Of a stretch of DNA of 64,000 nucleotides, positions 19,312 to 33,092 are shown one piece after another. Numbering within the stretch: position 1 is the first letter of the stretch; each line of letters opens with the position of its first letter. Position numbers and translations under genes: made by a program. This stretch comes from an uncultured Candidatus Rokubacteria bacterium. Lineage in GTDB: Bacteria > Methylomirabilota > Methylomirabilia > Rokubacteriales > CSP1-6. Under the pieces are notes generated by a model, which saw nothing but the letters and a program-made list of their open reading frames with translations, was not told the DNA's origin and did no database searches. The stretch is taken from contig CAVVEU010000008.1 of assembly GCA_963747235.1 (NCBI GenBank), positions 320,001 through 384,000 of the forward strand, given 5' to 3'.

Positions 19312-20749
19312 ATGGCCGTAGCCCCCAGCGCCTCCTACAGCTTCACGGTTCGCCTCGAGATCCGGAACAAGCCCGGCATGCTGGGCCGTGTCACCTCCGT
19401 CATCGGCAAGGCCGGCGGGGACATCGGCGCCGTGGACCTGGTCGAGATGAGCGGCGAGCGCGTGCTCCGTGACATCACGATCAAGGCCCGGGACAGCCGG
19501 CACGCCCACGACATCATCGATCGCGTCAAGAGCACCGCCGGGGTGCGGATCGCGAACATCTCCGACCGCACCTTCCTCATGCATCTCGGCGGCAAGATCG
19601 AGATCCACAGCAAGGTGCCGATCCGGACCCGCGACGACCTCAGCATGGCGTACACCCCGGGGGTGGCGCGGGTCTGCCTCGCGATCAAGGACGACCCGAG
19701 CCGGGCCTTCACGCTGACCATCAAGCAGAACGCGGTGGCGGTGGTCACCGACGGCACCGCGGTCCTGGGGCTGGGCGACATCGGGCCGGAGGCGGCCATG
19801 CCGGTCATGGAAGGCAAGGCCATGCTCTTCAAGGAGCTGGCCGGGGTGGACGCCTTCCCGATCCCGCTGGACACGAAGGATCCGGGCAAGATCGTGGAGA
19901 CCGTGAAGATGATCGCCCCCGCGTTCGGGGGGATCAACCTGGAGGACATCTCGGCCCCGCGCTGCTTCGAGATCGAGGAGCGGCTGCGGAAGGAGCTGGA
20001 CATCCCGGTCTTCCACGACGATCAGCACGGCACCGCGGTGGTGGTGCTGGCCGCGCTGTTCAACGCGCTGAAGATCGTCAAGAAGGACATCCGCCGGATC
20101 AAGGTGGTGGTCTCCGGGGTGGGCGCCGCCGGGACCGCGACGATCAAGATCCTGCTCGCCCTCGGGGCCCGGCACATCATCGGGGTGGACGAGCACGGCA
20201 CGATTCACCGGGGCCGCTCCATCGGGATGGACTTCATGAAGACGTGGGTGGCCTCGGCGACCAATCCCGGCAATCTCAAGGGCCGGATGTCCGACGCCAT
20301 CAAGGGCGCGGACGTGTTCATCGGCCTGTCGGTGCCGCGGGTGCTCGACGGTGCGGGACGTCAAGAGCATGGCCCGCGATCGCATCGTCTTCGCGATGGC
20401 GAACCCGGTGCCCGAGATCCAGCCGGAGGAGGCCGAGCGGCACGTGCGCGTGATGGCCACCGGCCGCTCCGACTACGCGAACCAGATCAACAACGTGCTC
20501 TGCTTCCCCGGGTTCTTCCGCGGGCTGCTCGACTCCCGGGCGCGGCTGGTGAACGACGAGATGAAGATCGCGGCCGCCCATGCCATCGCCTCCTGCGTGG
20601 GCCGGCGCGAGCTGGGCCCCGAGTACATCATCCCCAGCGTCTTCAACAAGCAGGTGGCGCCCGCGGTCGCCCGCGAGGTCGCGAGGGCCGCCCAGAAGAC
20701 GGGCGTCGCCCGGCGCCGCCGCCGCGCCGACGCGCCCGACTGGCTGTAG
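19312..20749 (+). CDS. NAD(P)-dependent malic enzyme with N-terminal ACT domain (one apparent indel)
   Basis: ACT NKPGMLGRV; AYTPGVA, DGTAVLGLGDIG, NLEDISAPRCF, FHDDQHGTA and ATGRSDYANQINNVLCFPG. Confidence 0.92.
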
Positions 20750-20758
20750 GACGCGCGG

Positions 20759-21503
20759 GTGGGTGGCGTGCCGCGCTGGTCCGTGGTCATTCCCGCCTAC
20801 AACGAGGCGGTCCGGCTGCCCACCTATCTCAAGGAGGTCCAGGCCTACTTCGAGGGCCGGGATGAGTCCTACGAGGTGATCGTGGTGGACGACGGCAGCC
20901 GGGACGGGACCGGCGATCGGGTCCTCGAGGTGGCTGCCGGACGGCCCGGCGTGACCGTGCACGCGCTCGACCGGAACCGCGGCAAGGGCCACGCGGTCCG
21001 CGCGGGCATGGCGCGGCGCCGTCGGCGACCTCCGGCTCATGGCCGACGCGGACGGGGCCACGCCGATCGCGGAGGTCGCGCGGCTCGAAGCGGCGGTGGC
21101 GGCGGGCGCCGACGTCGCGGTCGGCTCGCGCGTGCTCGCGGACCCGTCGGTCATCCGACAGGTCCGCGCGCATCGCCAGCTCTCCGGCCACGTCTTCAAC
21201 TTCCTGCTGCGCCGGCTCGGGGTCGCTCCGGTGCTGGACACGCAGTGCGGCTTCAAGCTCTTCCGCGGGGCGGTCGCCGCGGCGCTCTTCCCGCAGGTCA
21301 CCACGGACGGCTTCGGCTTCGACGTCGAGCTGCTGATGCTGGCCGGGCGCCGTGGCTTCCGGGTCGCGGAGGTGGCGGTCAACTGGGCCGATCAGCCCGG
21401 GTCCAAGGTCCGCGTGCTGCGCGAGGGGCCGCGCATGCTCTACGAGGTGCTGGCGGCGCGCCGCCGCCTCGCCGGGCGCCCGGCGGGAGGGCGGGGCGCA
21501 TGA
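20759..21503 (+). CDS. GT2 polyprenyl/dolichyl-phosphate glycosyltransferase
   Basis: VVIPAYNE, VDDGSRD, NRGKGHAVR, ADADG, DTQCGFKLF and GFGFDVE. Confidence 0.88.
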
Positions 21504-22644
21504 TCGCGCGGCGCACGCAGGAGATCGAGCCCTTCCTGGCCGTCGAGGTCTTCCAGCGCGCCCAGGCCCTCGAGCGGCAGGGCGTCGACGTCATCCACCT
21601 GGAGTTCGGCGAGCCCGACTTCGACACGCCGGCGGTCATCCGCGAGGCGGCCGAGAAGGCGCTCAAGGACGGGCGCACCCGCTACGCCCACACCCTCGGC
21701 ATCCTGCCGTTGCGCGAGGCGATCGCCGAGCACTACCTCACCCGCTACGGGGTGACGGTGTCGCCCGACCAGATCCTGGTGACCGCGGGCACGTCGCCCG
21801 CGATGCTGCTGCTGTTCAGCGCGCTGCTCGATCCGGGCGACGAGGTGATCCTCTCGGACCCCTACTATGCCTGCTACCCGAAATTCGTGAAGTTCTCGGG
21901 CGGCGTGCCGGTCTACGTGCCGGTCGAGGAGTCGGACGCCTTCCAGTTCCGGCCGGAGGCGGTGGCGGCCCGCGTCACCCCGCGGACCAAGGGTCTGCTC
22001 GTGAACTCGCCCGCCAACCCCACCGGCACCGTGCTGAGCCGCGGAGCGGCTCGCCGCCCTCTGCCGTCTCGGGCCCTGGGTCATCTCGGACGAGATCTAC
22101 CACGGCCTCACCTACGAGGGCCCCGAGCACACCGTGCTCGAGTTCACCGATCACGCGTTCGTGCTGAACGGCTTCTCCAAGGCCTTCGCCATGACCGGCT
22201 GGCGGGTCGGCTACGTGATCGCTCCGCGGGAGTTCATGCCCGCGCTGACCGCCATGCACGGCAACTTCTTCATCTCGACCAACGAGTTCGTGCAGTGGGC
22301 CGCGCTCGCCGCCCTCCGGGAGGCGGCGGACGAGAGCGCGCGCTTCCGGCGCATCTTCGACGAGCGGCGCCGGGTGATGGTGGCCGGCCTGCGCGGCATC
22401 GGGCTCGGGGTGGGCGCGCTGCCCACCGGCGCCTTCTACGTCCTGGCCAACGCCCGCCGCTTCACGAGCGACTCGCTCGTCGTTCGCGTTCGAGATCCTC
22501 GAGCGCGCCCACGTGGGGGTGACGCCCGGGGTGGATTTCGGACGCAACGCGGAAGGGTACCTCCGCTTCTCGTACGCCCAGTCGCTCGAGCGGATCCAGG
22601 AGGCGATGGTCCGCATCGGCCGCTTCCTCTCCGAGCGTACGTGA
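21500..22644 (+). CDS. class I/II PLP-dependent aminotransferase (apparent indels)
   Basis: GEPDFDTP, NSPANPTG, SDEIYH and GFSKAFAMTGWRVG. Confidence 0.9.
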
Positions 22645-22649
22645 CCTCC

Positions 22650-23093
22650 ATGACCAACGCGGGCATCACCACCGCGGGCGCGGCCTGCGTGATGTGCGAG
22701 AAGTACGGCCGGAGCGACGGCCTGCTCCACATCGCGGATCTGGCCCTCTCGCGCGTGTTCCTGCACGAGGACCAGTTCTTTCCCGGCTACGTGCTCCTGG
22801 TGCTGCGCCGGCACGTCACCGAGCTCTACGACCTGCCCGCGCCGGAGCGCGCGACGCTCATGGAGGAGGTGAGCCGGGTGGCGCAGGCGCTCGCCCGGAG
22901 CTTCCAGCCCGTCAAGATGAACTACGAGCTGCTCGGCAACCTGGTGCCGCACATCCACTGGCACCTGGTGCCACGCCTGGCCACCGATCCCGCGCTCCGC
23001 TCGCCCATCTGGACGGTCGAGCACGAGGCGGCGCCCCTGGCGCCCGCCGCGGCCCGCGAGCGGATCGAGATGATACGCCGGGCCCTCGCCTGA
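22650..23093 (+). CDS. HIT family hydrolase
   Basis: CVMC near the N-terminus and NLVPHIHWHLVPR histidine triad. Confidence 0.88.
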   Translation: MTNAGITTAGAACVMCEKYGRSDGLLHIADLALSRVFLHEDQFFPGYVLLVLRRHVTELYDLPAPERATLMEEVSRVAQALARSFQPVKMNYELLGNLVPHIHWHLVPRLATDPALRSPIWTVEHEAAPLAPAAARERIEMIRRALA

Positions 23094-23112
23094 CCGTCAT
23101 GGGGCCAGATTC

Positions 23113-25311
23113 ATGACCGGCCGGCACCGGCTCGCGATGGCTGGTTTGCTGATCGGGCTGGCCACGATCATGGCCGTCTGGCTCGCGATCGATCGTCGCC
23201 CGCCCGAATGGGATCACGCCAACCATCTCGAGCGTGCCGTCGTCTGCCACCGGAGCCTCAGGGAGTCCGGGAGCGAGTGGCTCCAGGAGATCATCAGCGA
23301 GTCGAGCTTCTACCCGCCGATCGTGACGTGCGCGGCTGGGCTGCTCTACTTCGTCTTGCCGGTCGTGCCACTCACCGCCCAGGCCGTGATCTGGGCCTTC
23401 CTCGTCCTCGGCACGCTCGCCGTCTACGGCCTCGGCCGGCGGCTGCTCGACGCCGACGCCGGCCTGCTCGCGGCATTCCTCTTCGCCACCGCGCCGTTCG
23501 TCGTGTTCATGCTGCTGAACTTCCAGCTCGACCTGCCGCTGGCCGCCATGGTGGCCCTCGCGCTGTACGTCCTCGTGCGGACGGAGGAGCTGTCGCTCCG
23601 CGGCTGGACCCTCGGGCTGGGCCTGGTGCTCGGCCTGGGCATGCTCACCAAGCCGCCCTTCGCCGCCTATCTCTCGGGCCCACTCCTCTGGCTCGCCTGG
23701 CGGGGGCTCCGCGCGCCGGATCGCCGGGCCCGCCTGCTCCATCTGCTCGCCGCGGTGGGGGTGGCGGGGGCGGTGGCGCTGCCATGGTACGGGCCGCGTC
23801 TGGTCGGGTTGCCGGCCCAGTTCATCAATCGCTCGTTCAAGCAGGCGGCGGAAGCGGGGCAGGCGCCGGCGCTCAGCGGCGCCTCGCTCCTGTTCTATCC
23901 CGAGTGGATCATTCCCCAGTGGGGTCTCCTGGCGACCGCGCTCTTGCTGTGGGGGATCGTGGCGCTCGCGCGCCAGCCTCGGGCCCGCGGGCTCCTGTGG
24001 GCCGCGCTGGCGCCATTCCTCATCTTCACCCTCATCCAGAACAAGAACCTGCGCTACACGCTGCCGCTTCTCCCCGCCGCGGCGCTCGTGGCGGCCGCCG
24101 GGGTGAGCGTGTTCCCGCCGCGTGTCCGGCGCGGCCTCGGCTGGGCCTGCGCGATCGTGGGGGTCGCGCAGGTGGGCTCGGCGGCGTTCGCGCTGCCGCC
24201 GGCCACACTGCTGGCGCCGGTCGTCTCCTCGGTGGCGTTCTCGTCGCCCCCCGACGCGAGGGACTGGCATCACCGCGAGATCCTCGACGCCATCCTGCGC
24301 GCGGCGGGCCCCGGCGGGGCGCGGGTGACGGTGGTGCCCAACGACAACTACTTCTCGATCTCCAACTTTCGCTACGAGGTGACCCGCGATCGGCTGCCGC
24401 TCCGCCTGAGCCGCGCGTGGGAGCAGTCTCCGCTCGGCGTGGATTTTGCCATCGTGAAAACGGGCGATCAGGGGCCCGACGCGGCGTCCGCCAAGCCCGA
24501 CCGGATCATGGCCGCGCTGGCGGGCGGGGATCCGTGGCTGGCCGCCGCGTATCCGGTCATCGCGCGCGTGCCGCTGCCCGACGGCAGCGAGGGCATGGTG
24601 CGGATGCGCCGCCTCGATCCGGTTCACGGCATGACGCCCGCGGAGCTCGCGGAGCGGGTGCGGCGCGGCGTGGCCGAGCTGCTCGCCGACGTGGTCCGCG
24701 ATGCTCAGGGCCTCCGCGTGACGGTGGACTATCGAGACGACGCCCTGGCGGCGGGATCGGTGGCGGCGGTGACGGTGGAGGCGCAGTCGGCGCTCGTCGG
24801 CGAGTTCGCCCGGCGGAAGCCGCCGCTCCGCATCGGGCCGGTCCGCCTCCGCCTCCGTGACGTGGTCGTGAACCCGGGCCGGCTCGCGGCCACCGGCGCC
24901 GTCGAGCTCCTCGACATCGGGGCCCTCCACGTGGAGCGGCTCGGCGTGGCCGAGCGAGACCTGGGCGAGTTCATCGCCCAGCAGCGCGGCCTGGCCGGGC
25001 TGCGCGTCACCATGGAGGATGGATGGATCCAGGCCCGCTGGGCGCTGCCCGGGCCCGGGCTCTCGGCGCGGCTAGGGCTGGCGGCCGGCTCGCCGCCTGA
25101 TCCGTTCACCCTCCGCGCCGCCGACGTCCGCTACGGCGGGGTGCGCCTGCCGCGGCTCCTGGTGGACTGGATCGTGAGAAACTTCGACCCGACCCCGCGC
25201 CTGCGCCGGCTGCCCATGCCGGTATTGCTGGCGCCGATTCGCATCCAGCGGGAGCGGCTCGAGGTCGGCGAGGATGGAGCCGTGCCCGCCGCGACAAAGG
25301 AGTCACGCTGA
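23113..25311 (+). CDS. GT-C (ArnT/PMT-like, family 39/83) membrane glycosyltransferase with long C-terminal soluble extension
   Basis: WDHANH luminal loop, YPP, multiple TM helices, GMLTK, PWY and RYTLPLLP; about 300 aa of beta-rich tail. Confidence 0.78.
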   Translation: MTGRHRLAMAGLLIGLATIMAVWLAIDRRPPEWDHANHLERAVVCHRSLRESGSEWLQEIISESSFYPPIVTCAAGLLYFVLPVVPLTAQAVIWAFLVLGTLAVYGLGRRLLDADAGLLAAFLFATAPFVVFMLLNFQLDLPLAAMVALALYVLVRTEELSLRGWTLGLGLVLGLGMLTKPPFAAYLSGPLLWLAWRGLRAPDRRARLLHLLAAVGVAGAVALPWYGPRLVGLPAQFINRSFKQAAEAGQAPALSGASLLFYPEWIIPQWGLLATALLLWGIVALARQPRARGLLWAALAPFLIFTLIQNKNLRYTLPLLPAAALVAAAGVSVFPPRVRRGLGWACAIVGVAQVGSAAFALPPATLLAPVVSSVAFSSPPDARDWHHREILDAILRAAGPGGARVTVVPNDNYFSISNFRYEVTRDRLPLRLSRAWEQSPLGVDFAIVKTGDQGPDAASAKPDRIMAALAGGDPWLAAAYPVIARVPLPDGSEGMVRMRRLDPVHGMTPAELAERVRRGVAELLADVVRDAQGLRVTVDYRDDALAAGSVAAVTVEAQSALVGEFARRKPPLRIGPVRLRLRDVVVNPGRLAATGAVELLDIGALHVERLGVAERDLGEFIAQQRGLAGLRVTMEDGWIQARWALPGPGLSARLGLAAGSPPDPFTLRAADVRYGGVRLPRLLVDWIVRNFDPTPRLRRLPMPVLLAPIRIQRERLEVGEDGAVPAATKESR

Positions 25312-26000
25312 TGGCCGAGAGTCTCGCGGACAAGAAGGCACGGGCGGGGAAGATCCTGACCCGCCTGGCGAAGGCGTACCCGGACGCGCGCACCGCGCTC
25401 GACTTCACCACCCCGCTCGAGCTGCTGGTCGCGACCATCCTGTCCGCGCAGTGCACCGACGAGCGGGTCAACGCGGTCACCGCGGGGCTCTTCCCGCGCT
25501 ACCGCCGGGCCGCGGACTGGGCGGGGGTGCCGCTGCCGGTGCTCGAGCGGGAGATCCATTCCACCGGCTTCTTCCGGGCCAAGGCCAGGTCGCTCAACGG
25601 GATGGCCCGCGCGCTGGTGGAGCGTCACGGCGGCGAGGTCCCCCGGACGCTCGAGGAGCTGGTGGAGCTGCCCGGGGTGGGCCGGAAGACCGCCAACGTG
25701 GTGCTGGGCAATGCCTTTGGCATCCCCGCGCTGGCGGTGGACACCCACGTGTTCCGGGTGTCGCAGCGCCTGGGGCTGGCCCGGGGCGACGATGCCGAGA
25801 AGATCCACGACCAGCTCTGCCAGGTCCTGCCGCGCCCCCGCTGGACGCAGGCCAGCCACCTGCTCATCCTCCACGGCCGGCGCGTCTGCGCCGCCCGCAA
25901 GCCGGCCTGCCCGACCTGCCCGATCCTGGCGCTCTGCCCGTGGACGGGCAAGACCAAGGCGGCGCCCGCCAAGCCAGCGGCCGGTGGGCGGGTAGGGTAG
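25311..26000 (+). CDS. nth: endonuclease III
   Basis: LVATILSAQCTDERVN, LPGVGRKTANV, VDTHV and the Cx6Cx2Cx5C Fe-S motif. Confidence 0.95.
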   Translation: MAESLADKKARAGKILTRLAKAYPDARTALDFTTPLELLVATILSAQCTDERVNAVTAGLFPRYRRAADWAGVPLPVLEREIHSTGFFRAKARSLNGMARALVERHGGEVPRTLEELVELPGVGRKTANVVLGNAFGIPALAVDTHVFRVSQRLGLARGDDAEKIHDQLCQVLPRPRWTQASHLLILHGRRVCAARKPACPTCPILALCPWTGKTKAAPAKPAAGGRVG

Positions 26001-26029
26001 TTGACCGCGTGAGGTCTTTCTTTTATGAT
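26001..26029 (+). promoter_or_regulatory. sigma70 promoter of rplM-rpsI
   Basis: TTGACC-N17-TATGAT. Confidence 0.7.
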
Positions 26030-26091
26030 TACCCGTTGCCATTTGCCGAGGTGTTCGACGTGGCTGCGGAGGCCTTATCCGGACGGAGATC

Positions 26092-26535
26092 ATGACGACG
26101 CTGATGCCGAAGGAAGAGGATGTGGAGCGGAAGTGGTTCGTGGTCGACGCCCAGGACCGGGTGCTTGGCCGCCTCGCCACCCAGGTCGCGACGGTGCTGC
26201 GGGGCAAGCACAAGCCCCAGTTCTCGCCGCACCTCGACGTGGGCGATCACGTGGTGGTCATCAATGCCGAGAAGGTGCACCTCACCGGGCGCAAGCTGAC
26301 CGACAAGATCTACCGCTGGCACAGCGGCTATATCGGGGGACTGCGTGAGGTCAGCGCGGAGCGGATGCTCAAGACGCATCCGGAGCGCGTGATCGAGTGG
26401 GCGGTGCAGGGCATGCTCCCGAAGGGGCGCCTGGGCCGCGCGATGGCCAAGAAGCTGAAGGTCTACAAGGGGGCGGACCACCCGCACGCCGCCCAGAAGC
26501 CCGAGCCGCTCGCCCTGCGCGAGCGCGCCCGCTGA
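26092..26535 (+). CDS. rplM: 50S ribosomal protein L13
   Basis: KWFVVDA...LGRLA...LRGKHKP...[11 protein letters not shown]...GMLPK...HPHAAQKP. Confidence 0.97.
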   Translation: MTTLMPKEEDVERKWFVVDAQDRVLGRLATQVATVLRGKHKPQFSPHLDVGDHVVVINAEKVHLTGRKLTDKIYRWHSGYIGGLREVSAERMLKTHPERVIEWAVQGMLPKGRLGRAMAKKLKVYKGADHPHAAQKPEPLALRERAR

Positions 26536-26543
26536 GGAGCCCC

Positions 26544-26939
26544 ATGGCCGTCGTCAGTCGTTTCTACGGAACCGGTCGCCGCAAGACCTCCGTCGCCCGC
26601 GTCTGGCTGCGGGCGGGCAGCGGCCGCATCCTGATCAATCGCCGCCCCTTCGAGGACTACTTCCCGCGCGAGACGCTGCGCATGGTCATCTCGCAGCCGC
26701 TCCAGCTCACCAACACGTTCGGGCAGTTCGACGCCATCGTGAACGTGGGCGGCGGCGGCCCCACCGGACAGGCGGGGGCGGTGCGCCACGGGATCGCGCG
26801 GGCGCTCCTGCAGTTCGACGACAAGCTGCGCCAGACGCTCAAGCGGGCCGGCCTCCTCACACGCGATCCGCGGATGAAGGAGCGCAAGAAGTACGGCCAG
26901 CCGGGCGCGCGCTCCAAGTTCCAGTACTCGAAGCGGTAG
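26544..26939 (+). CDS. rpsI: 30S ribosomal protein S9
   Basis: [26 protein letters not shown] and ERKKYG...QYSKR. Confidence 0.97.
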   Translation: MAVVSRFYGTGRRKTSVARVWLRAGSGRILINRRPFEDYFPRETLRMVISQPLQLTNTFGQFDAIVNVGGGGPTGQAGAVRHGIARALLQFDDKLRQTLKRAGLLTRDPRMKERKKYGQPGARSKFQYSKR

Positions 26940-26963
26940 TCCCAGCGCCGTGCTGAGGCCGCC

Positions 26964-28016
26964 ATGTTGAAGGTCGCGGTCACCGGGGCCAGCGGGTACA
27001 TGGGGGCGGAGTTGCTCCGCCTGCTGTCCGTCCATCCCAAGGTGCGGATCAGCGCCGTCACCTCCGAGCGGCTGGCGGGCGAGCGCCTCGATCGCCTCTA
27101 CCCGCATCTGCGCGGGCTCAGCGATCTCGTGTTCCAGGAGATCGACGGGGAGCGCCTGGCCGACGAGGCCGACGTCGTCTTTCTCGCGCTGCCGCACATG
27201 GAATCCCAGCGGCTGATGCCCGACGCTCAGGCGCCACGGCAAGAAGGTCATCGACCTCTCCGCCGACTACCGGTTGCGGGACGCCTCGCTGTACACGACG
27301 TGGTACAAGGCGCCCCACGAGGACGCCGAACGGTCTGGCCGAGGCGGTCTACGGCCTGCCCGAGCTGCACCGCAAGCAGGTCGCGGGCGCGTCCCTGGTG
27401 GCCTCGCCCGGCTGCTACCCGATGGGCGCGATCCTCGCCACCGCGCCGCTGCTCAAGAGCGGGCGCGGGAGCGTCGACGGCATCGTGATCGACGGCAAGT
27501 CCGGCGTGACCGGCGCGGGCGCTCAGGGCCGCAAGGTCGACGCGATGTACCTCTTCACCGAGGCGAACGAGAACGTCCAGGCCTACGCCATCGGCCACCC
27601 ACCGGCACACGCCCGAGATCGAGCAGGAGCTCTCGGTGCTGGCGGGCCGGCCGGTGGTGGTCGCGTTCACGCCGCATCTGGTCCCGCTCAACCGCGGGCT
27701 CTTCACCACCGCGTCGGTGCCGCTCACGAAGCCGGCCACGACCGCGGAGCTGGTCGCGCTCTACCAGGAGTTCTACGCGGGCGAGCCCTTCGTGCGCGTG
27801 CTCGACGAAGGGCAGCGCCCGACGACCCGGTCCGTCGTCGGCTCCAACTTCTGCGACGTCACGGTGGTCGCCGATCCGCGCACGAAGCGCGCGGTCTGCG
27901 TGTCCGCGCTCGACAACCTGGGCAAGGGCGGCTCCGCCAACGGGATCCAGAACCTCAACATCATGATGGGGTGGGACGAGCGGACGGGTCTCGACGCGCC
28001 TCCGGTGTATCCGTAG
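26964..28016 (+). CDS. argC: N-acetyl-gamma-glutamyl-phosphate reductase (apparent indels)
   Basis: GASGYMG, ALPH, DLSADYR, PGCYP, SGVTGAG and DNLGKG. Confidence 0.93.
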
Positions 28017-28021
28017 CCCGC

Positions 28022-29245
28022 ATGGCCGACTTCCAGTGGCTGGAAGGAGGCATCACCGCCGTGCCCGGCATCCTCGCCTCGGGCGTCGCGGCCGGCATCA
28101 AGCCCAGCGGCAAGAAGGACCTGGCCCTCGTCTATTCCTCGGCGCCCGCCCGCGCCGCCGCGGTGTTCACCACGCAACCAGGTCAAGGGCGCGCCGGTGC
28201 TCGTCTCGCAGGAGCACGTGCGTGACGGCCGCGCCCAGGCCATCCTGGCCTCGAGCGGCTGCTCCAACGTGTGCACCGGCGAGCAGGGGGTCAAGGACGC
28301 TCGCGAGATGACGCGCATCACCGGCGAGCTGCTGCGGATCCCGCCGCGGCAGGTGCTGATCGCCGTCGACCGGGGTGATCGGTCAGCCGCTGCCGATGGA
28401 CAAGATCCGGGCGGCGCTGCCCAAGCTGGTCAAGGGGCTCTCGCCCCAGGGCGGCCGGCAGCGCCGCCGAGGCCATCATGACCACCGACACCCGGCCCGA
28501 AGGAAGCGGCGCTCCGGTTCGAGCTGGCCGGGCGTCCGGTGACGATCGGGGGCATCGCCAAGGGCGTGGGCATGCTCGAGCCGCACCTGGCGACCATGTT
28601 CTGCTTCCTCGCCACCGACGCGATGGTGCCGCGCGACGCGCTGCCGCGGGTGCTCGCGCCGGGCCATCGACCGCTCCTTCAACCGGATCACGGTGGACGG
28701 CGACCAGTCCACGAGCGACACGGTGGCGATCCTCGCCAACGGGCTCGCCGAGAACGCGCCGCTCGAGCGCGGCGGCAAGGGCCTGCGGCAGTTCGCGCGG
28801 GCGCTCGAGGCGATCGCCGAGCGGCTCGCCCGCATGCTCGTCGAGGACGGCGAGGGCGCGAGCAAGCTGGTGGAGGTGGCGGTGCAGCGGGGCGCGCACC
28901 CGCCGCGAGGCGCTGATCGCGGCCCGGTCGGTGGCCAACTCGCCGCTCGTCAAGACCGCGATCAACGGCGCCGACCCCAACTGGGGGCGTATCATGATGG
29001 CACTGGGCAAGATCGCCGGCGCGGGTGGCCGCGGACCGCATCGCCATCACGATCGGCGACGAGCTGCTGGTGGAGAAGGGGATGCTCGCGGCCGGGCGCC
29101 CGGCTCGACCGGATCCACGAGGTGATGGGCGGCCCGAGCTACACCGATCGCCATCGACCTCGGGCTGGGCCGGGGCGAGGACCGGGTGTGGACATCGGAT
29201 CTCAGCGAGGAGTACGTTCGAATCAACGCGAAGTACACGACCTAA
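28022..29245 (+). CDS. argJ: ornithine acetyltransferase ArgJ (apparent indels)
   Basis: [47 protein letters not shown] and [10 protein letters not shown]. Confidence 0.92.
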
Positions 29246-29346
29246 CACGCACGGTTCCGAGCTTCGGTCTCCGCCGCCCTCGTCGGCTGGCGGGGAAGTG
29301 TCGCGCTCCTCTCCGGGGGCCGGCCGCTCGCGACCGGAGGCCAACC
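29245..29346 (+). promoter_or_regulatory. putative S2 autoregulatory leader (t44/rpsB-leader-like)
   Basis: 5' CACGCACGGTT can pair with 3' GACCG followed by GAGGCCAACC, enclosing GC hairpins, directly upstream of rpsB; resembles the conserved ends of t44-type leaders. Confidence 0.55.
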
Positions 29347-29374
29347 GAACGACGACGGAAAGGACGGCAGCACC

Positions 29375-30159
<785 letters not shown>

Positions 30160-30173
30160 GGCAGGAGCGTCCC

Positions 30174-31541
<1,368 letters not shown>

Positions 31542-31543
31542 CC

Positions 31544-32102
31544 ATGACAGGCGATGCTGAAGGATCTCGAGACCCGGATGCAGGCCGCGACCGACGCGCT
31601 CACGCGGGAGTTCGCGGGCGTGCGCACCGGCCGCGCCAACGCCTCGCTCCTCGACGGAGTGCGCGTCGAGGCCTACGGCAACCTGACGCCGATCAACCAG
31701 CTCGCGACGGTGTCGGTGCCCGACCCGCGCACCATCGTGATCCAGCCGTGGGACGCCTCGCAGATGAAGGAGATCGAGAAGGCGCATCGCCAAGTCCGAC
31801 CTCGGGCTCACCCCCGCAACGACGGCAAGGTGATCCGGCTCACGATGCCCACGCTGACCGAGGAGCGGCGCAAGCAGCTCGCCAAGACGGTCGGGCAAGT
31901 TCGCGGAGGACGCGCGGGTGGCGATCCGCAACGTCGCGCCGCGACGCCAACGACAAGCTCAAGGCCCTCGCCAAGGACAAGAAGGTGTCCGCAGGACGAG
32001 GAGCGGCGCGGCCACGACCAGATCCAGAAGACCACCGATCGGTTCACCGCCAAGATCGATGAGCTGGCGAAGAAGAAGGAGCAGGAAGTGATGACGGTGT
32101 AG
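31544..32102 (+). CDS. frr: ribosome recycling factor (apparent indels)
   Basis: RTGRAN, QPWD, LTEERRK and KEQEVMTV. Confidence 0.93.
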
Positions 32103-32138
32103 TCACCGGCGACGCGTGTCCGCCACGAATGTCCGCGG

Positions 32139-32200
32139 ACTGGGGGAGTGCGGGGGCCATGTGTGGGCCCCCGCATATGGAGAGTTTGAAGAAGTAGACG
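32139..32200. repeat. dispersed palindromic repeat, copy 2
   Basis: ACTGGGGGAG-TGCGGGGGCC-ATGTGTG-GGCCCCCGCA-TAT...AGAAGTAGACG; matches 6166-6230. Confidence 0.8.
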
Positions 32201-32307
32201 GTCGTGAGCCTCGGATGTCCGCAATCCCGCGAAATCCCAGCAAGATTCGGGCCTGAGCGGCCGATTTTCCTGGCAATTCCGGGGGGGCTCACGTAACATG
32301 ACCTGAT

Positions 32308-33092
32308 ATGGCGGCGAAGGCCGGGATCTCCGCGGCGGTGTCAGAGCTGTCGACGCTCCACGAGGACGATCTCCGGCAGCGCATCCTCGCCCGCCCGCTC
32401 CCGCGCCACGTCGCGGTCATCATGGACGGCAACGGCCGGTGGGCCACCAACCGCGGCCTGCCGCGCGTGGCCGGGCACGGCGAGGGCGTGAAGTCGGTGC
32501 GGGCGATCGTCCGCACCGCGGGCGAGCTCGGGATCGAGTTCCTCACCCTCTACGCGTTCTCCTCGGAGAACTGGAACCGGCCGCACCAGGAGGTGTCCAC
32601 GCTGATGACCCTGCTCGAGCGCTCCATCGAGCGCGAGCTGCCCGAGCTCATGGAGCGCAACGTGCGCTTCCGGGTGATCGGGCGCGCCGGACGGGGTGCC
32701 CGCGCGGGTGGGCGAGCGCATCGAGCGGCTCATCGAGACGACCTCGCGCAACACCGGCCTCACCCTGCTCATGGCCTTCAACTACGGCGGCCGCGACGAG
32801 CTGGTGGACGCGTGCCGCGCGCTCGCGCGCGAGGTGCAGAGCGGACGGCTGCGGCCGGAGGACATCGACGAGGTGCGCGTCGTCCCGCGCGCTCTACACC
32901 GACGGCATCCCCGATCCGGACCTGCTCATCCGCACGAGCGGGGAGCTGCGCCTGTCCAACTTCCTCCTGTGGCAGGTCGCCTACACCGAGCTGTGGATGA
33001 CGCCGACCCTCTGGCCGGATTTCGGCGCGCGCGAGTTCTATCTCGCGGTCGCCGACTTCCAGCAGCGGGACCGCCGCTTCGGACGGGTCTGA
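32308..33092 (+). CDS. uppS: undecaprenyl diphosphate synthase (apparent indels)
   Basis: [46 protein letters not shown] and RRFG. Confidence 0.95.
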
